DNA from: Eledone cirrhosa
Lineage: Eukaryota
Reading direction: 5' to 3'
Assembly: GCA_964016885.1 (NCBI GenBank)
Contig: OZ024740.1
Span: 246,078,001 to 246,142,000, forward strand
Length of the DNA: 64,000 nucleotides
Below, piece by piece: positions 28,640 to 41,665 of this stretch (the stretch's first letter is position 1; each line of letters opens with the position of its first letter). A program made the translations under genes and the position numbers. The notes below the pieces were generated by a model. It was not told where the DNA came from, did not search any database, and was given only the letters and a program-made list of their open reading frames with translations.

Positions 28640-29810
28640 TTCTTCTTGTGCTTGTTTGACAAGGCTGCGGTCATCCCAAGCTAACTATCTTAAATCATCG
28701 TTGTACTTAGAGCCGACCAGGTGCACCAGCTCCCTTCATCGCTGGCAGTCCCGTGCCTGCTCTTCTGCATCCTCCAAGGCGATGTCAAGCCTCCAGAGAT
28801 TTTCCCTGATGATATCCAGCCATGTGGTGTGGGGCCTCTTCCAGCCTGCAGCTGCTGCGTTGAATGAGAGTAAGGCTCTGGTAGGATGATTTGGTGGAAA
28901 GCAGAGAACATGTCCAAACCAGCATATGTAGTGAATAGCTATGAAGCTGGAAGCTGTGGGCTGATGTGTGCGTGCATGCAAACTTTGTTGGAAACGTGGT
29001 GGTCCCATCTGATATTGATAATCCTCAGGCCTCTGCATCGAAGCTGTTGATCCTCTTTGCCAGGGTCTTTGAGAGAGGCCTCATTTCTGCTCCATAGAGA
29101 AGAACGGAGAGAGCCTATGCATTGTAAATATGGAGCTTCCTCTTCTTGGAGATTGAACAGTGGTGCCAAAGGGGCTTCTACAGGGAGTACATGACTCCGG
29201 TAGCCAGGCCACATCTGAGGTTGATCTTGGAGGTCAGTTCTCCATTGTTGGTGACTATGGAGCCTAGGTAAATAAAGGAGCTGACAAACTCCATGGCGTT
29301 GGGGCTAATATGAAGCTTTGTCTTTGCCCAGCTTGCCTAAAGGCCAAGCTTTGCTGACTTCTCCTGGTATATGGCTAGTGTGTCTCTGAGCTGATCGATC
29401 GAGTTGCTGAATAGAGTGGTGTTGAAGAGGTCATAGACAGCCACACAGCTGTTGATGGGGAGAACCAGTCGGAGTCCTTCCCATTCACCTGCTATAGAGC
29501 CATTGGAACAGGGTGGTGATCTTGGGAGGCATGCCGACAAGCTGGAGAATTTTCCATTTTCCAGAGGGATGCGTGGTCGACTGTCAAAAACTGCCTTAAG
29601 GTCAACAAAGGCAACGTAGAGGTAGCGATCTCAACAGAACTCCCGTGATCTTTCGATAATGAGCCAGAGGGATGTAATGTCATCGGTGGATCAATTAGGC
29701 ATGAATCCGGCTTGTTGTGGGCGATGTCTGCTTTTGATGGCTGGAACAGCACAGTTGAAGAGGATCTTAGTGAAGACCTTGCTTGGCGTGGAGAGAAGCA
29801 TGATGCCTGC
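28640..29810 (-). mobile_element. Highly degraded RTE LINE with internal deletions
   Basis: Minus-strand remnants QQAGFMPN..ST, YVAFVDLKAVFDS, WFGHVL..P.NHPTRALL, WLDII. Confidence 0.75.
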
Positions 29811-30359
29811 ACTACATCATATTTTTAAAACATAATTAAAATTACAAAATTCTCAATCTTGCTTTTGTTGGAAAAGTAAAGAGAGAAACATATTTCCTTT
29901 AAAAACATAGAATTTGGCCATTTTGAACACTCAACTTAATTTGCTTTCACTAATATCCATGTGGTAACATAATTATTCGTTTTTAATGAAAAATTTCAGT
30001 ACCTGTGTAAAAAGAATGAATGTTGTTTTTTAAAAGAAATTTTTAATTTAATTTCTGAAAGCATATTTCTTTTATGTGGACAAAATTAGTTTCTATATCC
30101 CACTAATTTGATGATTCTGACGTACTTATAATTACTGGACAGTAATAATTTACTCGTATTAAAGTTAGTCCATACTGAAATGCAATTCGCTCCGCTCACG
30201 TTTTTAAAGATATAGCCAAGCTATATATATTTTATTGCTTTAGCATAGTTTACCAGGAATAGAAGTAGTTAGGTGTGAGGATTTACGATTTCTTTTGTCA
30301 AATTTTGGTACAATTATACTTTTATAAATAAAATTATAAATTTGTTTTACATTCATTTT

Positions 30360-32695
30360 ACCTTGGGTGATGGTGATGCTGATGCACTGGAACAGCCAAG
30401 CGCCTTCACGAGCATCACCAGTTACCACGGTTAGGTGAGCCGCCAATGAAGACAAGAACCTCGCAGTTAGTGGCCCAACTCCCACAAACCTCTTGAATGC
30501 CACAGGCTGGAAAAAGTAGTTAACCGACAGATCTTGGTATTTCAGAATTTTGTTCCATTGGGTTACAGAAGCTGTAGCCCTAACTGTGACATCCCAGATA
30601 AGACACCTGTCTCTTATCCAGCGACACAGAGTAAAATTATCAGACCTTTTCCCATCAACTCTGGACAACCCAGACAGTTCCAAAATTAAGGGGATGTTTG
30701 CCCAGGCCAAAGCTCTTTCGATGATGAGGTTTAGCTCAGTGTGACGCATGAACTGACCAGCATTCAAGCGGCAAGATAGACTGTGAAGGCCTGTGGAGTC
30801 GAGGAGCCTACCACACTGACATTTCAGACCCATACAGACATCGGCTCCCACTCTCATTCACCTCAGTAGGCCACCAATGTTAGCCACAAGTAGGGCAACA
30901 ACCCAGTCACCTGAGTATTTCATGCTAGCAGACAGTAAGCGGCACCTTGAGAACTGGTCTAAGTGGTTTAAGAGAGAGTCAAAAGTGGCCTTCAAATGTA
31001 TGCTATCCCAAACTCTCTGTCTCCGTTTGTCCTCCACCTTGTCAGGAACAGACAAACCCAACTCTCTCTATCATAGAAGAGCTTCATCCATCTCCCTGTT
31101 GGAACAATCCATGTTGGAAAGGGGAGGATGTTGCTCACTAGGGTGGAGCAAGCATGGGTGGAGGAAAGGAAGCAAGGGATAGAGAGGGATGTGCATTTAT
31201 GTAGACCAAGGCCTCCAAATCACTTGGGCAACACAACCTGACCACGGGACTCTGAAGATTAGGTGGTTGTCAAAGCGTTGGAGACATGATGAAAATCTGT
31301 GAGATGGGCTAACCCTGAGTATATATAGAAGCTTAGGAATCTGTAGGTAATTCTGGAGTATAAAAAAACCTTGATGGGGCTCGATTGCCTCAATGTTCTT
31401 CAATAATTGCTTCAAGGCTAACCATCTTGGATTGGAAAATTGACTCAAAAGCATGATATGTAATTGGGGCTCGTAAGGAGCACCATGTCGACTGGGGAGG
31501 GACCACAATGGAAGGGAAGGACTCTGCAAACAAGTCGATTGTCGATTGAGAAGCTGGATGGTTGAGAATCCAGAGCTCACATTTGGAGCTATTATACTGG
31601 GAGCCAAGCGACTGAGCTCCTCAATCATTTTATTAGCAGTTGTGAGAACCCTATCTGGAGACTCCCACCAAACAAGTGTCATCAAGATACCAAACATTTA
31701 GATCCAGCCAAACCCCCATCTTGGTGATGTTATCAATGCCCAGTGCAAACAGAGTGGGCCCGAGTGGGTCACCCTGTTGAACTCCTGAGGCAGAAATGAT
31801 GATTTGGTCACCAAAAGTAAGGTAGGAGAGTTCCTGATAGGCCTGCCAAGCAAAGTGGTAGAGTTGTGGGACCCTCCCTTACTGAGCTAAGGACGACATC
31901 ATAGCTGATGGAGTTGAAGGCATTTTTGAGAGGAAGTTTGAGGATGACTTTGGAAGACAAGGAGGGCAAATTGATAAAGGCTTTGGTAGCATGGGCAGCA
32001 ACCTCACATCCCAGCTTGGTACCCACCCCTAACTTTATGGGGGAAAATTCCTCCAACATTGAATCAAAGACTGATAGCAAACACATCTTTGCAGTGAGAC
32101 AATGAAGGGTGCAACTAACTGCAATAGGGCACAGGTCTCCATTGGGCTTTGTGAGTTCGAATTGTTTCGCACCGAAGAACAGTTGGCAGATATAGGGGAA
32201 AACGTTCACTGAAGAGAACTGATTCACAAACTGACTCAGACTCTCCAAGAGCTCGAGTCCGTCATCACCGGCCAATAAGGAGATACCATCCTTGAGATGT
32301 TGAGGTTGTAAACCGTCAATCCCCACACCAGAACCAGTGGGGAAGGATGCAATTACCTTTCTGATGTTATCAATGGTGTAGACCAGTCTTGAATATTCTG
32401 GTGGTTCAGGCCAGTGTAACTAGTCATTCAGAGGGGCCGATGGGTGCTTCTCTTTCAGTTGCTTGAGAGAATCAGTTACACAGTGCAAGGGAGGACAGAG
32501 AAGAGAGCAGATGGACAGCCCCTTTAATGTTAAATTCACTGAATTTGGCATTAACAGCATGTTTTAAGGTTTATCGGTTGTCTGTTAATAGACACCGAGC
32601 TTGATTCCAAGCTGAGGTGAGAAGTGGTTGGGGTGGACTCAAACAGCTGGAACTGAGTCCATGAGAGATGTGAGGGAGTCAGCTTTCACATTAAT
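30360..32695 (-). mobile_element. Degraded CRE-clade retrotransposon, second family
   Basis: GIDGLQPQHLKD, PIAVSCTL, LGVGTKLGCEVAAHA, LKNAFNSI, GVQQGDPLGP, CQCG..LDSTGLHSLSC, RHTELN, DGKRSD, LIWDVT, FQPVAF. Confidence 0.85.
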
Positions 32696-32849
32696 GTTTT
32701 AGAGAGGCCTTCGGCAACATAGGTTGGGAAACTCTTGAGTTCAACGTACGTATTGGCCATTTTTGTTGGTAATCCAGCCAGGTCATTCATTAGAGCACTT
32801 GAATACAAAACAGAATTTTCATTTTTTGTCAATATAACCGCCATCATAA

Positions 32850-33430
32850 TATTACAAATAAAAAGAAAAAAAAGAAAAAGAAAAGGGAAAGTAAACAACA
32901 CAAGCAAGTAATACACACATCTAGGACCACATACAACAAAAGGCAAGCGAAAGGGGTGGACAAACAAACCGCTGCCAGAACAAAAGGTTACGATATCGCA
33001 AGGAGCACTGGAAAACCTCTCTAATAATTTTTTTTATTCAAGCCAGCTTGCTTGCAGCGTTATCTCGGGTGATGGCGAGGCTGATGCGCTGGAACAACCA
33101 AGCACCTTCACGAGCATTACCAGTTACCTCGGTTAGGTGAACTGCCAGTGAGGACAAGAACTGCACAGTTAGTGGCCCAACTCCCACAAACGTCTCAAAT
33201 GCCACAGGCTGGAAAAAGTAGTTAACCGATAAATCTTGGTATTTCACAATTTTGTTCCATTCGGCTACGGAAGCTGTAGCTCTTGCCCTAACCACTGCAT
33301 CCAGGATGTGGGAAGAAGCAAAAGAATCACTAACTGTGACGACCCAGATAAGACCGCCAGGTCTTTTCCCATCAATTTTGGACAACCCAGACGGTTCCGA
33401 AATTAAGGGGATGTTTGCCCAAGCCAAAGT
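32850..33430 (-). mobile_element. CRE RLE-domain fragment plus 3' UTR (second family)
   Basis: EPSGL..DGKRPG, FQPVAFETFVGVGP, WLFQRISLAITRDNA. Closely matches 30360-30710. Confidence 0.85.
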
Positions 33431-33529
33431 TTTTTTTTAATGATAAATATTTATTTAGACACTTTCCTGAAAACGAATATGGCCTTCAAAACTGTTTAAG
33501 ATCTGTATATGTATGTAACATGTGGTGCG

Positions 33530-33803
33530 GTAAATGAATATAAATACACCAGGTCCGAACAAAACTCCACTATCACTGCCTCCGTCTCTCCCCATCTCTC
33601 GCTATTATCCTCTCCGGAGGATGGTGAGGGAGACGCGCTGGAAGAGTCATTCCAACTCACGAGGCTTACACCTGCGGGTAGCCCTATGCCCAAGGACACC
33701 AGAAGTCTCCACTGCTACGGACTCGACCGCAAACCTGTCGGAGAGCTACCGATATTGGGAGAGTTTATTCTCCTCGGTCCGAAGTGCAGCAGAGCCTGGG
33801 GTT
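33530..33803 (-). mobile_element. CRE RLE-domain 3' fragment (same family as 23850-25830)
   Basis: Minus frame PGSAALRTEENKLSQYR..DRFAVESVAVETSGVLG..LFQRVSLTILR; similar to 25420-25630. Confidence 0.75.
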
Positions 33804-35606
33804 AGAGGCCTTTGGTAACATAGATTAGGAAACTGAGTTAAACGTACGTATTGGCCATTTTTGTTTGTATTCCAGCCAGGTCATTCATTAGAGCACTTGA
33901 ATACAATACAAACTGAAGTCTATGTGCGGGGCAGGGAGGTATTTAATTGTATGTGTAAGCATATGTTTGCCGCAGACACGTGATCACAAAGGTCTCGCTG
34001 TTATCAGATGCGACACAGTTTTTAGTTATTGTGTTTATCTGTCTACGTGCTCTGTGAGTGTCTATGTATATCTGAATCTTCGTCCATCCTTGCAAAACTG
34101 TTGCTACCTGTCTGGACCCTCCCGTCCTGCTTGGAGCCCACAATCGTCGTCGTATGTCTACTCGCGATGCGTGTGTATCTATCTACCTATCTATGTGAAA
34201 CTGTCTGTCTGCTTTTTTTGTGCATGTTTCTATTGTGTACGTGTGTGTGTATTTATATGTGTCTGTATGGAGTAGAAGTAAGAGGTTTCATTAATTCTAC
34301 TAGCACTTGGGGGTGGGGTGAGTGCTCGTAGAAAGGTTATATAAAAAAACAGGAGGACTATCGGAGAGGAGCATGAGTAAAAAGAGCGATAGTTAAAAAG
34401 AGAGAGAGAGAGAGCGAGGAGATTAAGCAAGGGAGAGAACTATAGCGAGGGGTGTTTGTTAGTGGATGTTCACAGCAAACAACAAACCATTCATTCCTCT
34501 ATTTTTAAGCAGGAGGTTTGTGTGTGTATATATTCCACTCACTCATACTTATATATAGACTTGCACACACACAAAAGCTACTTATTGCTTGCTTCCGGCA
34601 GAAATTAACAATGTTAAGGAAGAGTAAGTAAATATCACTTAAATGTTGCTAGTTTTCACTGTTTGCAATTTTGTCATTGTTGCTTTGTGACTGCCGTGGT
34701 TAGTGTTTGTTGTTTTGTGGGTGTCCTCTATTATTATTGTGTACTGTCGACCGTTGTTGACGCTGTTGCTTAACCTTAGTCTAGTCCGCCCCGAGACAGA
34801 TCGAGCAAACCTATGGTCAAAAGCGTTTCAGATGTAACCATGCAGTATATATCTATATCTATATATATATATATATATATATCTATATATATATATATAT
34901 ATATATAGTGTGTGTGTGTGTGTGTATTCCCTGGCATAATGTATCTAAGACTAGTTTGTATTCAGTGTGTTTGTGATATTGCTGTTTGCGGTGATGATGT
35001 TATAGCTAGCTTACAACTCTTAGCGGTCGCCGCCCTCCGTCAGTGAACGGATATACATAGACTTCCCGAATGGCTGCTATTTTTATGTTACAACTTGTTG
35101 TTGTTGTTATTAGCGATGAAATGCTATTTAAAAAGCACCCTACTTCCCTCACATCAGTTTTATGAACTTTGTAGATCCCACAAACAGCTTGTCAATTCTG
35201 ACAGTTTTCAATTCTTATTCACACACAACTATATGTAATGGTTTAAAGAGGACAAACGACCGTCACATAAGTTTTGTTATTATTTGACAAATACCAAGTA
35301 GCAGTAACAGTATACCCATGTATAAATTAATTTATTTTGTTTGTTTGTGTTATAATGAATGTTCAAACGGATATAGACTTTTATTTATTTATTTGATTGT
35401 TTTGTTTGTGTTGTTATGAAAGTGAACGGAACGAAACATAACTTAGGCGTAACTTGGCTAGGTCAGATTAGGTTCAGTCCGTTTCTAGGTTTTCGATTAT
35501 TTTTTTAAAATGCTTCTTTTTGTTAACTTCCTGTACTTTCCTGAATTGCTCTTGCGTACATGCACGCGCGCGCGTGTATGTATGTATGTATGTAATTTAT
35601 GTATGT

Positions 35607-35642
<36 letters not shown>

Positions 35643-36699
35643 ATAATAGATGCGCCTATATATATATATATAGGCGCATCTATTATCACTTTCAACCTTT
35701 TCCATTTTTTACTCTCCCGTTTATCTTTTTTCCATGTACCCGATAACTTACAAAAGTCTTATAGTTATATGGTTGTTAATCTGGTTTGTCTTGGTATTTT
35801 ATTTGTTGGAAGCTAGCCATCCGTAAAATAACTGTTGGTATAAGGTGTCTAGGGGTGTAACTTTTTATTTATATAAAACTCCCTTTATTATAGTTTAGAT
35901 GTCACATGTGTATTAGTATATTTTGTTACGGATCTGCCTGCATGGATGACAGGAGGAAAATACAATCATGCTACTATTGTGCGGACCAAAAGAATCCGAA
36001 CATACATTCCTTGGTAGCATCAGTGCTGCTGCTCGGCACAGCTGGAGAGAGAAATACTGTTGAAAGTTGCCGCTAATCATTGTGGTGATAAGTTAGTCGA
36101 TAGAAAATGTAATTGTGCTGCAACTGTATGGGCCAAAAGAACCCGGACACATTCTTTGGGAATATCAGTACTGTTCAGTACGTATGGAGAAGAGATACTG
36201 TCGGAAGGTGCCGAAATCGTTGGGATATTAGGCAGTCGACAGCTGATTGGGGAGTGTTCTTCAGTTCATGAATTTGAAATAAGTTTATATGCTGCTGGTG
36301 AGAAGAGGAATCTGATACTTGGAAGCTGCCCTTTTCCATGCAAAAAAGTGTGTAAGTAGCGAATTGGGAGAATTTTTAAGGCTATGGATAGAATGAATGC
36401 CTTGCAATATTCGTTTCGGTTCTGTGTGCTGGGTGTTTTAATACAGCCGAGGTCAATTTCGCTTTTTATTCTTTTGAGATGAATAAAGTATCAATCCAGG
36501 TCATTCTTTTCCTGTCCTCCTTACCTCCAGAATTTTACGCTACCTACAGCTGCAACATAAGTAATTAGTTTAGCTGTACTGTTGCTATGTATTAATAAGT
36601 GTTCCTTATGAATGTGTAGCACTGGGTGAAAAATGCCACTTAGCTTGTCGGTTACTCGTGAATACGCGATGTGTCATATATGTGTACTATATATATAAA

Positions 36700-37110
36700 G
36701 TTGAACGTGTGCTTGTGTATGGAGCGAAGTACTGGACACTCACAAAAGAGATGGAAAGACAGTTAAATGGCGCATATACGAGACTACTGAGGAAACTGCA
36801 AAATATATTTTGGAGGGGAGCACAGAGCAAACTAGTTTCCTTATGGCGACCTGAGAGCGATTACATACGTCATAAAGGCTAGAAGACTCGATCTCAAAGG
36901 TCACGTATGGCGAAGAGATCAGGCAGAGACATTACACCAATTACTGCTATGGGAATCCACACATGGTAGAACAAGAGGTAGACTTCATGTTACGTTACTG
37001 GAGCGGTTTTGTAAATAGAAAAAATGAACTGGCAGAGGCCATGCTAAATAGGGACAAGTGGAGAAGTATAAATATCAACGCCGCTCGAGGAAACTTGACA
37101 CAATGATGAT
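36700..37110 (+). mobile_element. Degraded 3' fragment of an RTE-group LINE related to 8241-11544
   Basis: VERVLVYGAKYWTLTK..LNGAYTRLLR, LLLWESTHGRTRGR, (TGA)n tail. Confidence 0.75.
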
Positions 37111-37572
37111 TATATATACATGTAAAATATCAATATAAAGGTCTGCATAGAGATAGTAAGCCATGACAGACTAGGGGAAGTAACGAGTACTAGTTACAGT
37201 TGGTAATCAAAAAGAGCTAACGAGACAAACAAATAAATAAAAAAATGGAAGCAAAAAAACAACAAAAAATTAAAGTATGTGTTAGTTTATGACCGACACT
37301 TTGTATGCAGAGTAGTGCACTGGACGAAGTACACAAGTGGGTCTGTTTACTCCGGAGTATAATTATAATCATGAAGTACAAGTCAACGGGTTATAATTCA
37401 CTTCGTTTATTCATGATTATTTGTATTTCATGATTATATACATATTGATTAATACTTAAAATTATCAATTATTGTCTGACAAAAGTGCTAGAGATAGTCA
37501 CTATTAGAACCTAAAGTCAGCTCTAAATTCCTCCATAAAATTAAACATTTTTCATTGGGAGCTGTAAGAAAT

Positions 37573-38175
37573 TGTCTAGACAAGTGTATCCACATTATGC
37601 GTGTTTGTACGATTATATAGGCGCAATAACATAAGATCTGCGAGCAAAGTTGTTATAGGATCGATTCTTACCACTCACACACAGATCCATTGCAAAAGAA
37701 AAATCGGATTGCAAGTAAAAAAACTTACTTAAATATGGTAAAATTCCGAGATTTTTATGGAAGTTCTTTGACTTGCTATCCGGTTTTTCTTTTGCAACGC
37801 ATCTATCTATCTATCTATCATATTTAGCTATAGAATGAAAATATCAACAGAGCATATAAATAATTTACAGTAGAATAACATAAATATATTTTAAATATAT
37901 ACATAAATAACATTACAAATGCCTCGGTAACACTACAAAGTATGATACAATGAAAGATATATTCCTTCAATGCTACAATATTAAAGAAAATGTAAAAGAA
38001 GGGGTGAACAACGGAGCCAACACCAGAGCAAAAGACAGCAACGTCGCGAGTACTGGGCAACCTCTCTAATGATTTTTGAGGCAGTGTGTATATGGATAAG
38101 AACCAATCTTATAACAACTTTTTGCGCCTTTATAATCGTACAAACACGCATAATGTGGATACATTTGTTTAGACA
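37573..38175. mobile_element. MITE-like element with ~90 bp imperfect terminal inverted repeats and a nested insertion
   Basis: 37573-37670 is inverted relative to 38097-38175; inner inverted pair ~37690-37727 / 37761-37796. Confidence 0.65.
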
Positions 38176-40305
38176 CCCTTAAATTATTATTACTTTATAT
38201 GCATGTGTGTTGTGTATTTGTTTATGTTCCGTAACTTATAATCCTAGCTTGCTCTTCGTTAACATTAATGTTACAAGTTCACCTTCTATACACCTGAATA
38301 ATCTCAAATAAAAAACTATATACTCTGCCCCGCTCTTCATGTGTGTTATCTCGTGAGTCATGTATTTTACCAGTTTCATGTTGCTGTTGTGGGGAAAATT
38401 TCGCTCATCTTAGGAAGTGGGTTTGGTGGTGGTGTTACTGGTGGGGTATCATTCATAGATACAGTGTCATATAGAATCCGTTACGGAGATTCAGTGTATC
38501 CTAACTTACGCGTGCTACTTACGTTGTTGATTTAATTAAAAAAAAACCCAAAACTTTGAATAGACCTGAGATGTTCATGCTATCACCATCCTCTTTATTT
38601 CATATTAGGGACCCACATTCTATTATGCATCCTCCTTTATTTAGGACGGGATGGTGGGAATTGAGGGAGATTTGGCTGCTATTTCTACATTTGTGATTAC
38701 AGTAGTAGAGTTCTACGACTATCTAAGACACCACCAACGTGGAAGCACCAGCTGAAGAGAAGTGATCTATGAGGTTTCTAGTTTGTATGCCACTTGGACA
38801 TTAGTCTCAGACACGATCAACCTTGTTTGGGGTCTCCTGAACGACTGTATGTTCTAAGACCTGAAACACACAGTGTTTCTTGGATACAACACTGATATTT
38901 CCAAGGTTTTGCATCCGCCGATATCTGAAGAACATGAGTTCGTCAATGTACAATGTATCTAAGCGCTTATCAATTGGGCCACATTCTTCTGTAAGTGAAA
39001 ATTTGAATTTACCATTCCAAGCAGCGAAGAAAAACAAACAAACCTGTTGTTTACAACTGTACTGAGCTGTTGAGAATTGTGTGTTCATGGCCCAAACCCT
39101 AGATTTCTCAAGTAGCAGCATCGCCAACTCTTGTCTTGAAAATTCTGTAAATGTAGTTTATATATGATATGGATAAATGCAATATGTCATTTATATGGGA
39201 TACAACTATATGTCATTTATATTGGAAATGGCTATATGTCATTCATATTGGATATAACTATGTCATTCATATAGGGCATGGCTATTGTCATCATCATCCT
39301 CATTTAATGTCTGCTTTCCGTGCTAACAAGGGTTGGATGGGTCTTCATAGTCCGAGTCAGTACTGAAGTGGATCTACTGACCTCCCAGACAGGCGAGGTG
39401 TCCATGTCTTGCTTACAGTCCCATGTTCTACTTAGTACAATTATTGTGGCACCAGCATTAGGGAGGTTGTCATGTCATTCATATGACCATAGTTATGTCA
39501 TTTATACGGCTATATATGGTGTATGAAATATGGATAAATGTAATTTACTAGGTAAGTGTATGTGTAATTTATATATGGCGTTGGATTGGAAGTTGTCAGA
39601 GCATTGGATAGAATATCTTGTGGTATTTGTGTGAGATGTCTTACAGTATTTATCCCATCATGGTCTATTTTGGTAGTAGACTCGATCTGTCACTCAGTTT
39701 TATCATCACTATCTGACACTTTGGGGGCCTTTAGCAGTCCTTCCTGTTGCAAACAGATTCTCTGGATTACAAATACCTTTCTTCCTCCCTCCTCTTCTTC
39801 CCTCGCTAGAGGAAAAGATTCTGTCAGTTTGTGTCTCAGCCTTATGGCGTAAATAAAAGAAGCACCAGTAATATATTGGTTATCAGTTGTATTGATTATA
39901 CCATTCCCTCTATAAGTTGTTGGTATGGCTTTATGCCAATGTAAGAGATATATATTTTGCTTTATCTTACTCTGGTGTCTCATATTCCTGATTTCAAACA
40001 TTTCTAGAAGGTGAGTTTATCTTCTTTGCAGGGATGTTGATAAAGTGCTAGAATACATTGAAGTCAAGTGTGTAGACCATACATCCTCTTTTCCTACAAA
40101 ATAAGGAGTTGCACGGAGGTGTTGTGCCTAAGAAAACAAGTCAATGCTGTTGTTATTGTTGTATCTATGGCAGCATGTTATTCATCATTCATATTTTGAA
40201 AAGATGTTCTAAGTAGAAAGCCTTATGCTCTCTCTCCTTTCATGCTTGATTGTATTATCAGATAAATGTGTGTGTGTATACACAAGTGCACATATGAATG
40301 AATCA

Positions 40306-40500
40306 TGGCCAAATGGTTATAAAGTTTGCTTTGCAATCATGAGGTCTCGGGTTTGATTCCACTGCATTATACTTTGTTCATTTGTCTTTTACTATAGCTT
40401 TGGGTTGTCCCAAACCTTGTCAGTGAATCTTAGACGAAAACTGTATGGAAGTTTGTTCAAAGGATTATACCTGTAATTCAAAGCTTTGTCACTCTGATTC
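40306..40500 (+). mobile_element. Old tRNA-derived SINE (third family)
   Basis: A box tggccaaatgg, B box ggtttgattcc. A related degenerate copy lies at ~26530-26720. Confidence 0.55.
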
Positions 40501-41286
40501 CACTTGTGAATTATGTTAAGGGTACATACAATTTGTATGCTAATTCAGTGACCAGGTCAATCAGTTGAACAATTAGATGTTCTGGATAGGAAAGTTCTCA
40601 ATCATCATTTAACTGCCATTTTCTTTCCATGCTGGCATGTATTGGACTGAGCATCTCGTTTCAAGTCACTACTTCATCAGTTACTGTCCTCCCATATAGG
40701 CCAGAGGCTACACCGCACATGCGTTCCTGTTTTGGCATGGTTTCTGCAGCTGAATGCCCTCCTAACACCAACCACTTTACATTGTGTTATCTAAACTATA
40801 ATAAAGTAAGAAGCGCGGGACTGAGTACGGCTTATCATTTTTTATCCCATTAGTAAAATAAGTTGGATTACTTTGAATAAATAATTGTTTCTACTTTAGG
40901 CACAAGGCCAGCAATTACCCAGTACATTACTGGTACTTTATTTTATCGACCCCGGGATTTGAACTCAGATCGTAAAGGGACGTAACTATGCTGGAAAGCA
41001 TGGCATCCGATCCTCTACCGATACTGCCATGAATGAATATTACATAATTTATCTACTAAATATCGTGGCTGGTCATTACACTTCCGGTGGCGATCACTTA
41101 AATAAACATATTAATTTTCTGTCACTAATTTTCTCCTAATGCAGTTTATATATAATATCGTCTTTTTTTAATGTATCATGGATTATGTTACTGATTACAT
41201 AAGACAGTGTAACATAGTCTTCATTCAATTTCTGTGTATATTGTCAATTACGGTTTTATTTGACGTATCATATCTACCTGTATATA

Positions 41287-41665
41287 TCATCATCATCATC
41301 GTTTAACGTCCATGTTCCACGCTTACATGGGTTTGGACGGGAGTTTTCCCACTTGAGGCAAGAGTGGTTGTCTTGCTCGCATAGGACTGTCTGGCAGGTT
41401 TTCTACAGTTGGATGCCCTTCCTAACACCAACCACATTTACAGTGTGGAACTGGGAGGTTTTTACCGTGTTACCTACACGGCCACATTACAGCGTGGACT
41501 GTGTGTTTTTTTGTTGTGACACCTGCACAACCTCATTTGTTTTGGGCTGGATGTTGTGGTACCAACATAACTTTACATTGAAAGGGGTGGATGGGGTGGG
41601 GATAGTGGGACGGGGGTGTATTTTGTTAGAGGTGCCTACTGACTGTAGTAGGTTTCACTTTGTAC
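41287..41665 (-). mobile_element. RTE family B 3' UTR/tail
   Basis: Matches 2612-3100. A 22-bp unit is triplicated at the truncation junction (41645-41702). Another copy lies at 49855-50222. Confidence 0.85.

Noticed and set aside
38807-39150. Minus-strand 106-aa ORF with splice-like signals
   Set aside because: No recognisable domain, and plausible splicing leads to early stops.
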